From: a virus
Taxonomy: Duplodnaviria; Caudoviricetes
DNA: 64,000 nt
IMG/VR virus record: IMGVR_UViG_3300023119_000004
Reading direction: 5' to 3' (one strand)
Shown here: piece after piece, positions 27,590 to 35,556 of the stretch
How positions within the stretch are numbered: the first letter of the stretch is position 1
How the letters are laid out: each line of letters opens with the position of its first letter
Translations under genes and position numbers: made by a program
Notes under the pieces: model-generated
Databases searched by the model: none
What the model was told of the DNA's origin: nothing
Seen by the model: the letters and a program-made list of their open reading frames with translations, nothing else

Positions 27590-29106
27590 GATCTGTTTCC
27601 CCAATCTCTATTATACATACCAGGTGTTGTCCAATCAACATCGTCTTTGTTCATCTTTTCTAAAAGTTCCATGGCTTTGTCTTTTTCTAATCCTGGTGAT
27701 GCTGTTTTAATTCCTGTTGTGTTAAGCCATAGTTTCCAATTCATCTCAGCAAAGATTTCTGTATTACGGGGGAAAAACTGATAGTCATCGTCCCACATAA
27801 CTGTAGGTGTATAGTTATGTTTAAAGTTTGTTGCAATCTCTGTAAGTTTATCTGTTTCCTTAAAGTTTTTATAAACGTGTTCCCAAAACTTACCTTTACG
27901 TGGATTATTAAAATAATGTAGTGCTACAAAGTTCATAGTATCTTCATAGACTGCTGTCATATCTTCGTTAAACTTTAATCTATCTTCTTCAGTATAACTT
28001 AGTTTTTCTAAAACTTTTAGGCCACTAGCACCAATTGTAAGTAATGCAAGTCCTGTTGATTCTAACGGTTCAATAAATCCACTAGCAAGTCCTACACTAA
28101 AACAGTTGCCTCTCCAGTTGTTTGCATTATATTCTGGCTTGAAAGGAACATGATTAAACTGTCCTGTTCTTAGTCTGTGTTCACCCCAATGCTGTACAAA
28201 GAAATCTTCTGCTTCTTGTTTAGTGGTAAGTTCACTGTTGTAACATAGTCCACTACCAATACGATCTTTAACAGGTGTTTTCCAAATCCAACCTAGGTCA
28301 CACGCCTGTGCAGTAACGTATGGAAGTTGTACTTCATCTTCTGTTTCGTAATCTATTTGACTTGCTACTGCGGCATTAGTAAACAGCATATGACTTCTGT
28401 CAATCCATTTACTGTCGGGCAATGCATTTGAAAGTAAACGTTTAAAGCCAGTACAGTCTACAAAAAAATCTGCTGTAACTTTTGTACCGTCATCTAATGT
28501 TACATATTCAATAACACCATCAGTAACCTTTGGAGCATCAATGTGTTTTTGAATATGTGTTAGTCTTGGATACTTCTTATTAAGATAATCAGATAAGAAG
28601 TTTGCTAGTTTAACAGCATCTAAATGATATCCTACATGAGCAGTACCACCGCAAGGTGTTGTGTTATTTGGAATCTTTTTATCTACAACAGAAACTTTAT
28701 GCCAAGCAATATATTTTTCTAATTCAACCTCATTAATGCCGCCGTCACGAGCAAGGTCAATGCTATCAAGTGTTCCGTGTTCTGTATGTGTTACAGGAAA
28801 AAAGAATGGTTGCCAAATGTTAATGCCGTCGCCCTTCCAGTTTGGAAAGTAAGTCCCTGTTTTAATAGTTGCGTCACAAGCCTTTGTCCATAGTTCTCTA
28901 GGAATATTACAATCGTCTAAAAAATGATCAAACCCTAAAATAGTTGCTTCACCTACGCCAACAATAGGAACATTAGGACTTTCAATAAGTGTGATTTGTG
29001 TTTCGGGTAAGTTTGATAATGCATAAGCGGCCGTAAGCCAACCAGCACTTCCTCCACCTACAATACAAATGGACCTAGCACGGCTACGACCTACTACTTC
29101 AGTCAT
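27586..29106 (-). CDS. Flavin-dependent (tryptophan) halogenase, PrnA/VirX1-like
   Basis: GGGSAG, VGEATI, CDATIK (catalytic Lys), GWIWKTP (WxWxIP-like), SGFIEPLESTG. Confidence 0.9.
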   Translation of the reverse strand: MTEVVGRSRARSICIVGGGSAGWLTAAYALSNLPETQITLIESPNVPIVGVGEATILGFDHFLDDCNIPRELWTKACDATIKTGTYFPNWKGDGINIWQPFFFPVTHTEHGTLDSIDLARDGGINEVELEKYIAWHKVSVVDKKIPNNTTPCGGTAHVGYHLDAVKLANFLSDYLNKKYPRLTHIQKHIDAPKVTDGVIEYVTLDDGTKVTADFFVDCTGFKRLLSNALPDSKWIDRSHMLFTNAAVASQIDYETEDEVQLPYVTAQACDLGWIWKTPVKDRIGSGLCYNSELTTKQEAEDFFVQHWGEHRLRTGQFNHVPFKPEYNANNWRGNCFSVGLASGFIEPLESTGLALLTIGASGLKVLEKLSYTEEDRLKFNEDMTAVYEDTMNFVALHYFNNPRKGKFWEHVYKNFKETDKLTEIATNFKHNYTPTVMWDDDYQFFPRNTEIFAEMNWKLWLNTTGIKTASPGLEKDKAMELLEKMNKDDVDWTTPGMYNRDWGNRS

Positions 29107-29638
29107 TATCGACCTCCATCATTTCTTTGAATGTTTCTGTAGCAAAGTCAAAACATATCTTTGCTTCTTCAGCCATATCATCGTTCAACTGTTCTCTTAT
29201 GGCTGTTTTCAGTTCGTCAACAGGAGCATCAAATTGATACAATCTTCCTTCTCCTGGAATTTTCTTTTTAATCATTTGTCCACCGCTTAGGTCACCCATG
29301 TGTCTAACATATACGTGAGCCATGACTTTATCTGGATCTCCCATAATTGTTCTCATATGTTCTAGATACTTTTCTGTTACTTTTAAAGTTTTAGGCATTT
29401 CTTGTTTAGGCCATAACTCTTTAAAATCATCTAGTATGCTCGGGGAACGTCTAATAGCAGGATGAGGCAATAAGCCATGTGTCATTGCTATTGCTTCTAA
29501 AATATTGTATTGAATATGTTGATTATATAAAAATGTTGCATAAAGTTCTTTGTCAATTTTACCTGACATTAAAACTTTTACAAATGCTTGGCGTTCTGCG
29601 TTCTTATGGTGTTCCCACGTTGCTTCTTTTAAGTTCAT
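29099..29638 (-). CDS. hemO: Heme oxygenase
   Basis: LKEATWEHHKNAE (proximal His), AHVYVRHMGDLSGGQMI, EAKICF. Confidence 0.92.
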   Translation of the reverse strand: MNLKEATWEHHKNAERQAFVKVLMSGKIDKELYATFLYNQHIQYNILEAIAMTHGLLPHPAIRRSPSILDDFKELWPKQEMPKTLKVTEKYLEHMRTIMGDPDKVMAHVYVRHMGDLSGGQMIKKKIPGEGRLYQFDAPVDELKTAIREQLNDDMAEEAKICFDFATETFKEMMEVDND

Positions 29639-29943
29639 TCTTTTTCCACTTTGATCTGCAATGGGAATCCGTTTGCTCTGCTCAAAGTGGTTGCTTCTAC
29701 GCTTTTTTGTTCTGCAATTTCAAATGCGTAAACGCCAACTACTGCACTTCCATCTTCATGAATTTGTAGAGTTAGATTTTTTGCTGTGTCAACAGAATGC
29801 TTAAAAGTAGTTACTAGCACATCGATCACGAAATCCATTGGTGTTTGGTCATCATTAATAAAAATAACTGAGTACCTTTCGGGCTCAGCAATTTTTATCT
29901 TAATCTTTTCGTCAATTTGTACATCCATATTATTACTTATCAT
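29635..29943 (-). CDS. clpS: N-end-rule adaptor ClpS
   Basis: YSVIFINDDQTPMDFVI...QIHEDGSAVVG..FEIAEQK...GFPL; SD AGGAGA before ATG 29943. Confidence 0.92.
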   Translation of the reverse strand: MISNNMDVQIDEKIKIKIAEPERYSVIFINDDQTPMDFVIDVLVTTFKHSVDTAKNLTLQIHEDGSAVVGVYAFEIAEQKSVEATTLSRANGFPLQIKVEKE

Positions 29944-29970
29944 TGTATGATCTCCTACCAGTAAATAATG

Positions 29971-29994
29971 ATAGTGGGGATTGCTCCCCACTAC
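29971..29994 (-). terminator. Strong GCAA-tetraloop hairpin between hsp20 and clpS (weak terminator or processing site)
   Basis: GTAGTGGGGA-GCAA-TCCCCACTAT, only a short U-tract. Confidence 0.55.
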
Positions 29995-30010
29995 CGACCT
30001 TTTAAGTGTA

Positions 30011-30460
30011 TTACTTAACTTCGATTGATCTTGCTTTTTTAGCCTCTGGAATAATTCTTTCCAAAGCAATTCTAAGCAAGCCATCTTTTAGTTCAGCACC
30101 TTGTACTACTACATCGTCTGCAATAGTAAATGATTTAGTAAAGTGCCTTTTACTAATACCTCTGTATTGTACACCATCCGCTTCATCGTCAGTTTTTGAC
30201 TCTTGGATTGATTTAACAGTTACCACACCGTCTTCGTATGATACGTCAATATCCTTTTTGCCAAAACCAGCAAGTGCTAATTCAATATCGTAAGTATAGT
30301 CGCCTGTTTTTACAATATTGTATGGCGGATAGTTAGTGTTAAAAGTAGGTGCATTGAAGAAGTCGTCTTCAATCATTCTTTCGAATCTATCAAAGATAGG
30401 ATCGAACCCTACTGATACGGGTCTTAGTTGGTTAAAGATTGATAGTGATTTGTTTGTCAT
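30011..30460 (-). CDS. hsp20: Small heat-shock protein Hsp20/IbpA
   Basis: YPPYNI...ELALAGF...YRGIS.R.F.KSF...A.LKDGLL.I.L. Confidence 0.95.
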   Translation of the reverse strand: MTNKSLSIFNQLRPVSVGFDPIFDRFERMIEDDFFNAPTFNTNYPPYNIVKTGDYTYDIELALAGFGKKDIDVSYEDGVVTVKSIQESKTDDEADGVQYRGISKRHFTKSFTIADDVVVQGAELKDGLLRIALERIIPEAKKARSIEVK

Positions 30461-30530
30461 TTGTTTTCTCCTTATTAAGCAAGTTGTTTGTCATGTAAGA
30501 CCTATCAAGCATCTTACAATCTTATTTATC
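30461..30530 (-). promoter_or_regulatory. hsp20 leader: late promoter, hairpin and AACTTGCTTAATAAGGAG motif
   Basis: GATAAATA, TGTAAGA-TGCTTGATAGG-TCTTACA, AACTTGCTTAATAAGGAGAAAA. Confidence 0.7.
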
Positions 30531-32414
30531 TACCTCTTCAAACTCGGCGTCTACAACGTTTTCATCTTTCTTAGATGTTGTTTCTGCTTCTTCTGAAGTG
30601 TTAGATTCTTGTTGTGCCTTGTAAACTGCTTCACCTAACTTCATTGCCACTTGTGATAGTGCTTCTGTTTTAGATTTAATATCTTCAACATTGTCACCTT
30701 TAAGTGCTTCTTGTAAGTTAGTCTTAGCATCTTCAATTGATGTTTTAATATCTTCCGATACTTTATCACCGTGTTCTTTTAACTGTGATTCAACTGAGTG
30801 TACAAGACCGTCAGCATTGTTTCTAGCATCTACGGCTTCTCTCTTTTGTTTGTCAGCCTCTTTATTTGCTTCTGCATCTTTGACCATTTGTTCAATTTCT
30901 GCATCACTCAAACCGCCGTCTGATTTAATAGAGATTGTTTGTTCTTTGCCTGTGCCTTTATCTTTTGCTGATACGTTAACAATACCGTTTGCGTCAATAT
31001 CAAATGTTACTTCAATTTGAGGCATACCTTTTGGTGCTGGTGCAATACCTTCTAGATTAAAGAGACCAAGTTCTTTATTATCTACAGCCATTTCACGCTC
31101 ACCTTGTAATACCTTAATAGTAACTGCTGATTGATTATCTTCCGCAGTACTAAACACTTGTGATTGTTTAGTTGGGATTGTTGTATTCTTTTCAATTAGT
31201 TTAGTAGTAACACCGCCTAGTGTTTCAATACCCAATGAAAGCGGAGTAACGTCAAGTAGCAATACATCTTTAACATCACCACTTAATACACCTGCTTGAA
31301 TTGCGGCACCTAGTGCTACAACTTCATCTGGGTTAACACCTTTGTTTGGATCTTTACCAAAGAATGTTTTAACAGTTTCTTGTACCTTAGGCATACGTGT
31401 CATACCACCTACTAGTACAACGTCTGTAATATCACCTTTGCTTACACCTGCGTCTTTAAGAGCAGTTTCACAAGGTTTAATTGAACGTTGGATTAGTTCG
31501 TCTACAAGACTTTCAAACTTAGCACGAGTAATTTTTAAATTCAAGTGCTTAGGTCCAGAAGCATCTGCTGTAATAAATGGTAGACTGATGTCAGTTTGTG
31601 TTGTGCTTGACAATTCAATCTTTGTTTTTTCAGCCGCTTCACGTACACGTTGTAGTGCTAGTTTGTCTGTTGAAATATCTACACCAGACTCTTTCTTAAA
31701 CTCGTCTACAATGTATTGTGTAAGAACAGCATCAAAGTCTTCACCACCTAATGCTGTGTCACCGTTTGTTGAAAGTACTTCAAATACTCCGTCACCGAGG
31801 TCAAGTACTGATACGTCAAATGTACCACCACCTAAGTCATACACAACAATCTTGCCTGACTCTTTTTTATCTAGTCCGTAAGCAAGTGCCGCCGCTGTTG
31901 GTTCATTTACAATACGTAAAACTTCTAGTCCTGCAATTTTACCTGCATCTTTAGTTGCTTGACGTTGTGCATCGTTAAAGTATGCTGGTACTGTAATAAC
32001 TGCTTGTGTTACAGTTGAGCCTGTATACTTTTCAGCAGTTTCTTTCATCTTGGTTAATACTTCTGCTGATACTTGTTGTGGGGAAAGTTCTTTACCTTTT
32101 GTTTCTACCCACGCATCACCGTTCTTTGCTTCTACAATTTTGTATGGAAGCGTTTTAGCATCACGTGTGATTTCTTTTGATTTAAACTTACGTCCAATTA
32201 GACGCTTTGACGCATAGATTGTGTTCTCTGCGTTAGTAACTGCTTGACGCTTTGCTGATACACCTACAAGTGTACCATCGTCAGTATAGGCTACAATACT
32301 AGGTGTAGTTCTATTACCTTCTACGTTTTCAATTACTTGGGGATCTTTGCCGCTTAGTATAGCAACACATGAATTTGTGGTACCCAAATCGATACCAATA
32401 ACTTTATTAGCCAT
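30522..32414 (-). CDS. dnaK: Chaperone DnaK (Hsp70)
   Basis: [33 protein letters not shown]; start ATG 32414 after SD. Confidence 0.97.
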   Translation of the reverse strand: MANKVIGIDLGTTNSCVAILSGKDPQVIENVEGNRTTPSIVAYTDDGTLVGVSAKRQAVTNAENTIYASKRLIGRKFKSKEITRDAKTLPYKIVEAKNGDAWVETKGKELSPQQVSAEVLTKMKETAEKYTGSTVTQAVITVPAYFNDAQRQATKDAGKIAGLEVLRIVNEPTAAALAYGLDKKESGKIVVYDLGGGTFDVSVLDLGDGVFEVLSTNGDTALGGEDFDAVLTQYIVDEFKKESGVDISTDKLALQRVREAAEKTKIELSSTTQTDISLPFITADASGPKHLNLKITRAKFESLVDELIQRSIKPCETALKDAGVSKGDITDVVLVGGMTRMPKVQETVKTFFGKDPNKGVNPDEVVALGAAIQAGVLSGDVKDVLLLDVTPLSLGIETLGGVTTKLIEKNTTIPTKQSQVFSTAEDNQSAVTIKVLQGEREMAVDNKELGLFNLEGIAPAPKGMPQIEVTFDIDANGIVNVSAKDKGTGKEQTISIKSDGGLSDAEIEQMVKDAEANKEADKQKREAVDARNNADGLVHSVESQLKEHGDKVSEDIKTSIEDAKTNLQEALKGDNVEDIKSKTEALSQVAMKLGEAVYKAQQESNTSEEAETTSKKDENVVDAEFEEVDK

Positions 32415-32485
32415 TTTTTTCTCCTTATTAAGCAAGTTTTAATTACAAAACCTATTCAGCATTTTGTAACATATAAGTATTTATC
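32415..32485 (-). promoter_or_regulatory. dnaK leader: same architecture as hsp20 leader
   Basis: GATAAATA, TTACAAAA-TGCTGAATAGG-TTTTGTAA, AACTTGCTTAATAAGGAGAAAA. Confidence 0.7.
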
Positions 32486-32535
32486 ACTTATATAGTATAT
32501 ATAGTGTTAAATCGACTATTTTTCAAGTCTAAATG

Positions 32536-33096
32536 TTACCGATTTATAAAATAAAACTGATTGATACTATATCTACCACTTCCTATACACCTAGATACAC
32601 TATGTTGTAAAAAACTTGGAAATAATATAGTTGTATTATTTTTTAATGTAGGCTTATATCCAAAGTCTGTAAACTCTAAATCTCCACCTTCAAATGCTTT
32701 TGGTTCTTTCCATAAAACTGTCACGGCAGATAATGTGCCATGATCAGCATGATGATCATATACTGCTCCGTTTCCATAATAGTTTACCTGTGTTACATCA
32801 TGGTTAGTGTAAGGTAAGTATCCTGCAAACGGATTGTCTTTTAGTTGCTCTTGCAAATAAAATAGTTTCCTATTAAAGTTCAAGACGTAACTTTTTTCTC
32901 TGTTATCTTTATAGTGTGTATCCATGTGAATAGCACACATTTTATCATTTGCTCTAGGGTCGCCAGTTTCTGCTGACGGTCTAAAGTATGCGTCTAGTGA
33001 ATTAATCTCTACAAGGATTTCTTTTAGTTCCCACGGTTCGTAAAAATCGTAGATGATACTATGATGAAAAGGTTCATGTAGATTCTTAACAAGCAC
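32536..33096 (-). CDS. 2OG-Fe(II) oxygenase
   Basis: HHADH...FEGGDL..FPSFLQHSV...RYSI. Confidence 0.85.
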   Translation of the reverse strand: MLVKNLHEPFHHSIIYDFYEPWELKEILVEINSLDAYFRPSAETGDPRANDKMCAIHMDTHYKDNREKSYVLNFNRKLFYLQEQLKDNPFAGYLPYTNHDVTQVNYYGNGAVYDHHADHGTLSAVTVLWKEPKAFEGGDLEFTDFGYKPTLKNNTTILFPSFLQHSVSRCIGSGRYSINQFYFINR

Positions 33097-34247
33097 TAGT
33101 TACCTATTGTGTTTTTTTCGTATACAGTATTGTGTGTTTGTGTACAACGTACAAATGTAGCACATCTACTTAGATGTTTAAGTCTTATTGCGCCAGCATA
33201 AGTACAAGCAGAACGCAACCCACCCAAGATATCTTGAACAGTAGTAGCCACTGCTCCTCGGTAAGGCACAAGAATTTCTCTTCCTTCACTGCTTCTATAC
33301 TCCTTAAGGCCTCCAAAGTGTTTGTCGTTCGCGGCCTTCGAACTCATTCCGTAGAATTGTACAAACTTTTTTTCTTCAATTTTATTTTGTATACCACCTT
33401 GATCAAAAGTAACTTCATCTGTAGTATACATTTTAGTAATTACTTCTCCACCACCTTCATCGTGCCCGGCGAGCATTCCTCCAAGCATAACAAAATCTGC
33501 TCCTGCGGCAAAAGCCTTTGCAACATCTCCAGGCGATACGCATCCTCCATCGGCAATAATGTGTCCACCGAGACCGTGTGCGGCGTCGGCACATTCAATG
33601 ACTGCGGAGAGTTGTGGGAATCCAACCCCAGTTTGAATCCTAGTAGTACACACGCTCCCGGGACCAATACCCACCTTAACAATATCCGCTCCACTTAAAA
33701 TTAACTCCTCTGTCATTTCTCCGGTAACTACATTACCTGCAATAATTACAATATGTGGATATAAACGTCTAAACTCTGCAACAAAGTCACGGAAACGATT
33801 TGAATATCCGTTAGCAACATCGATACAAACATAACGTAACTTATCACCTGTTTGTTCATATACTTGACGAAACTTTTCATGATCGTGATCAGTAATACCA
33901 ATGCTCATTGCTACATACTGGGTACGTTCATCGTATTCACTATCAAAGTAACATACTAGATCATTTACACTATATGTCTTTTTAAGACAGGTAAACATTT
34001 TTACTTCAGCAAGTTTGTCTGCAACTTCAAATGTTCCTACACCATCCATGTTAGCGGCCATAATAGGAATACCCCGCCAGTGTCTATGATCAGGTCGGAT
34101 TTGCTCCATGCTCATATCTTGTGGCTTCCAGTTACGCCAAGTAAATCCTCTTTCAAGATCTACTTCTTTACGACTTCCTAAAGTTGAACGTTTAGGACGT
34201 AGTAATACATCTTTGTAGTCGAGTTTAATGTCTTGGTCGATTCGCAC
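33096..34247 (-). CDS. guaC: GMP reductase
   Basis: ANMDGVG, CIDVANGY, KVGIGPGSVCTTR, FYGMSS, GGLRSACTY; GTG start at 34247 after GGAG. Confidence 0.93.
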   Translation of the reverse strand: MRIDQDIKLDYKDVLLRPKRSTLGSRKEVDLERGFTWRNWKPQDMSMEQIRPDHRHWRGIPIMAANMDGVGTFEVADKLAEVKMFTCLKKTYSVNDLVCYFDSEYDERTQYVAMSIGITDHDHEKFRQVYEQTGDKLRYVCIDVANGYSNRFRDFVAEFRRLYPHIVIIAGNVVTGEMTEELILSGADIVKVGIGPGSVCTTRIQTGVGFPQLSAVIECADAAHGLGGHIIADGGCVSPGDVAKAFAAGADFVMLGGMLAGHDEGGGEVITKMYTTDEVTFDQGGIQNKIEEKKFVQFYGMSSKAANDKHFGGLKEYRSSEGREILVPYRGAVATTVQDILGGLRSACTYAGAIRLKHLSRCATFVRCTQTHNTVYEKNTIGN

Positions 34248-34845
34248 TTTTAACTCCGTAGTTAAACGATACTGCAATACGTTCGTTGTTGCTTTTGTTT
34301 TGTGTTACTTCATGTTTTGCCCAGCCAGGAAATATTGCTACCATGCCAGGTTTAGGCGGATATGTTGCCATTGTGCTTGTGATAGTATTATACTGACTTA
34401 GATTATCGGGAATATAATACTGTGCATCATCAGGACGATAAAATCTTAAATCACCCATATTCTCATCTGGTACATCAATGTAGAATACTCCACTTAGTAA
34501 TGCATCTTGATGATTGTGTAAAGTGTGATATGCTCCTGGTCCATTAATGTTAATCCAAAAGTTTTGAAATTCAACTTCTGGCAATCCGCAGACTTTAGAT
34601 ACATACGCCATAGCCTCATCTAATTCTGTTACAAATTTTCTAAGTACTGGAACGTACTGTGGATCTACTAGATCAACATTTTCAATACTACGACTGTGCC
34701 ACCCACCTTGATTGCTGTTACCATGCAAGTCTGGTTCTTTAGTTCTCCAGTCATGTGCAATATGTTTCATAGCATTTCTGTCTACCTTTTCTAAATAGCC
34801 GGCAAACACAAATTGCGGAAACCATAAGTCTGCTTTAAATTCCAT
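34225..34845 (-). CDS. 2OG-Fe(II) oxygenase (TIGR02466-like)
   Basis: WININ..HNH..LSGVFY...FPGWAKHEV...RIAVSFN. Confidence 0.88.
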   Translation of the reverse strand: MEFKADLWFPQFVFAGYLEKVDRNAMKHIAHDWRTKEPDLHGNSNQGGWHSRSIENVDLVDPQYVPVLRKFVTELDEAMAYVSKVCGLPEVEFQNFWININGPGAYHTLHNHQDALLSGVFYIDVPDENMGDLRFYRPDDAQYYIPDNLSQYNTITSTMATYPPKPGMVAIFPGWAKHEVTQNKSNNERIAVSFNYGVKSANRPRH

Positions 34846-35090
34846 TAATAACCAAATTCCCTTTCTTTACGGCGAACTTCTTTAAGCCAACGGGCACGAC
34901 CTGCCGCTTTTGCTTTCTTACGTCTTTCACTAGGTTTAATATAGTGTTGACGTTCACGTAGTTCTTGGAGTACTCCATCTTGTGAAACTTTTCTTTTGAA
35001 TGTTCGTAGTGCTTTATTAAAGTCGCCATTTTTTACTTCGACGGTTAACCCTTTGAAATGGTTATCGTCTTTCTTCCGTTGTCTTGACAA
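34845..35090 (-). CDS. rpsU: Ribosomal protein bS21 (copy 2, N-terminally extended)
   Basis: VEVKNGDFNKALRTFKRKV...ELRERQHYIKPSERRK. Confidence 0.92.
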   Translation of the reverse strand: MSRQRKKDDNHFKGLTVEVKNGDFNKALRTFKRKVSQDGVLQELRERQHYIKPSERRKKAKAAGRARWLKEVRRKEREFGY

Positions 35091-35466
35091 AATACTGTTC
35101 TCCTTCTGCTATCTGTCGAAGATCGTAGACTCTATTATTACTAATTAAATTATATGGTCTTTCGTTGTTACTTGTCAAGTAAAAAGTTTTAGATAATGGA
35201 AGAAGATATCCAATAAGCCAAACACAACTACTAGGCACATTATCTACATCAATAATAATGTAATCTACGTAATTAGAAACCTCAATAACCCAATCCTGTT
35301 CTTCTTTGCTATCAAAAAGGTACAGATTAATATCCGCTTTAATATTCTTTGCAACTTCATTAAACTGTTCTTTTATATTGTCGCTAGGATTAACCAAAAG
35401 AAAACTTAAATTATTATTCATAAGTTTATCTGGAGGTGTGATCAGATTAATAATAGGTTCACTCAT
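35062..35466 (-). CDS. Hypothetical protein
   Basis: 134-aa ORF, LITPPD N-terminus. Confidence 0.65.
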   Translation of the reverse strand: MSEPIINLITPPDKLMNNNLSFLLVNPSDNIKEQFNEVAKNIKADINLYLFDSKEEQDWVIEVSNYVDYIIIDVDNVPSSCVWLIGYLLPLSKTFYLTSNNERPYNLISNNRVYDLRQIAEGEQYFVKTTEERR

Positions 35467-35556
35467 AACAAAATTACTTATTTAATTATTTGTGGATCTT
35501 GTGCCAAACTGAATTATCAGTTTGTTCGGAATTTTGAACGTATGTGTCTGGTTCAA

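Noticed and set aside
30006-31954. Plus-strand ORFs antisense to hsp20/dnaK, and similar antisense ORFs over nrdA, guaC and the ligase
   Set aside because: Typical antisense shadows of codon-biased genes; no SD or motifs.
30461-32485. CIRCE or ROSE element in the heat-shock leaders
   Set aside because: No TTAGCACTC-N9-GAGTGCTAA repeat, and the SD is not visibly paired to a U(U/C)GCU anti-SD within a ROSE-type hairpin; kept as a novel motif instead.
22640-33375. Other A7/T7 runs in genes (e.g. 22648, 26683, 28462, 33102, 33367) as frameshift sites
   Set aside because: Shorter runs inside intact, full-length conserved ORFs with no orphan out-of-frame extension noticed.
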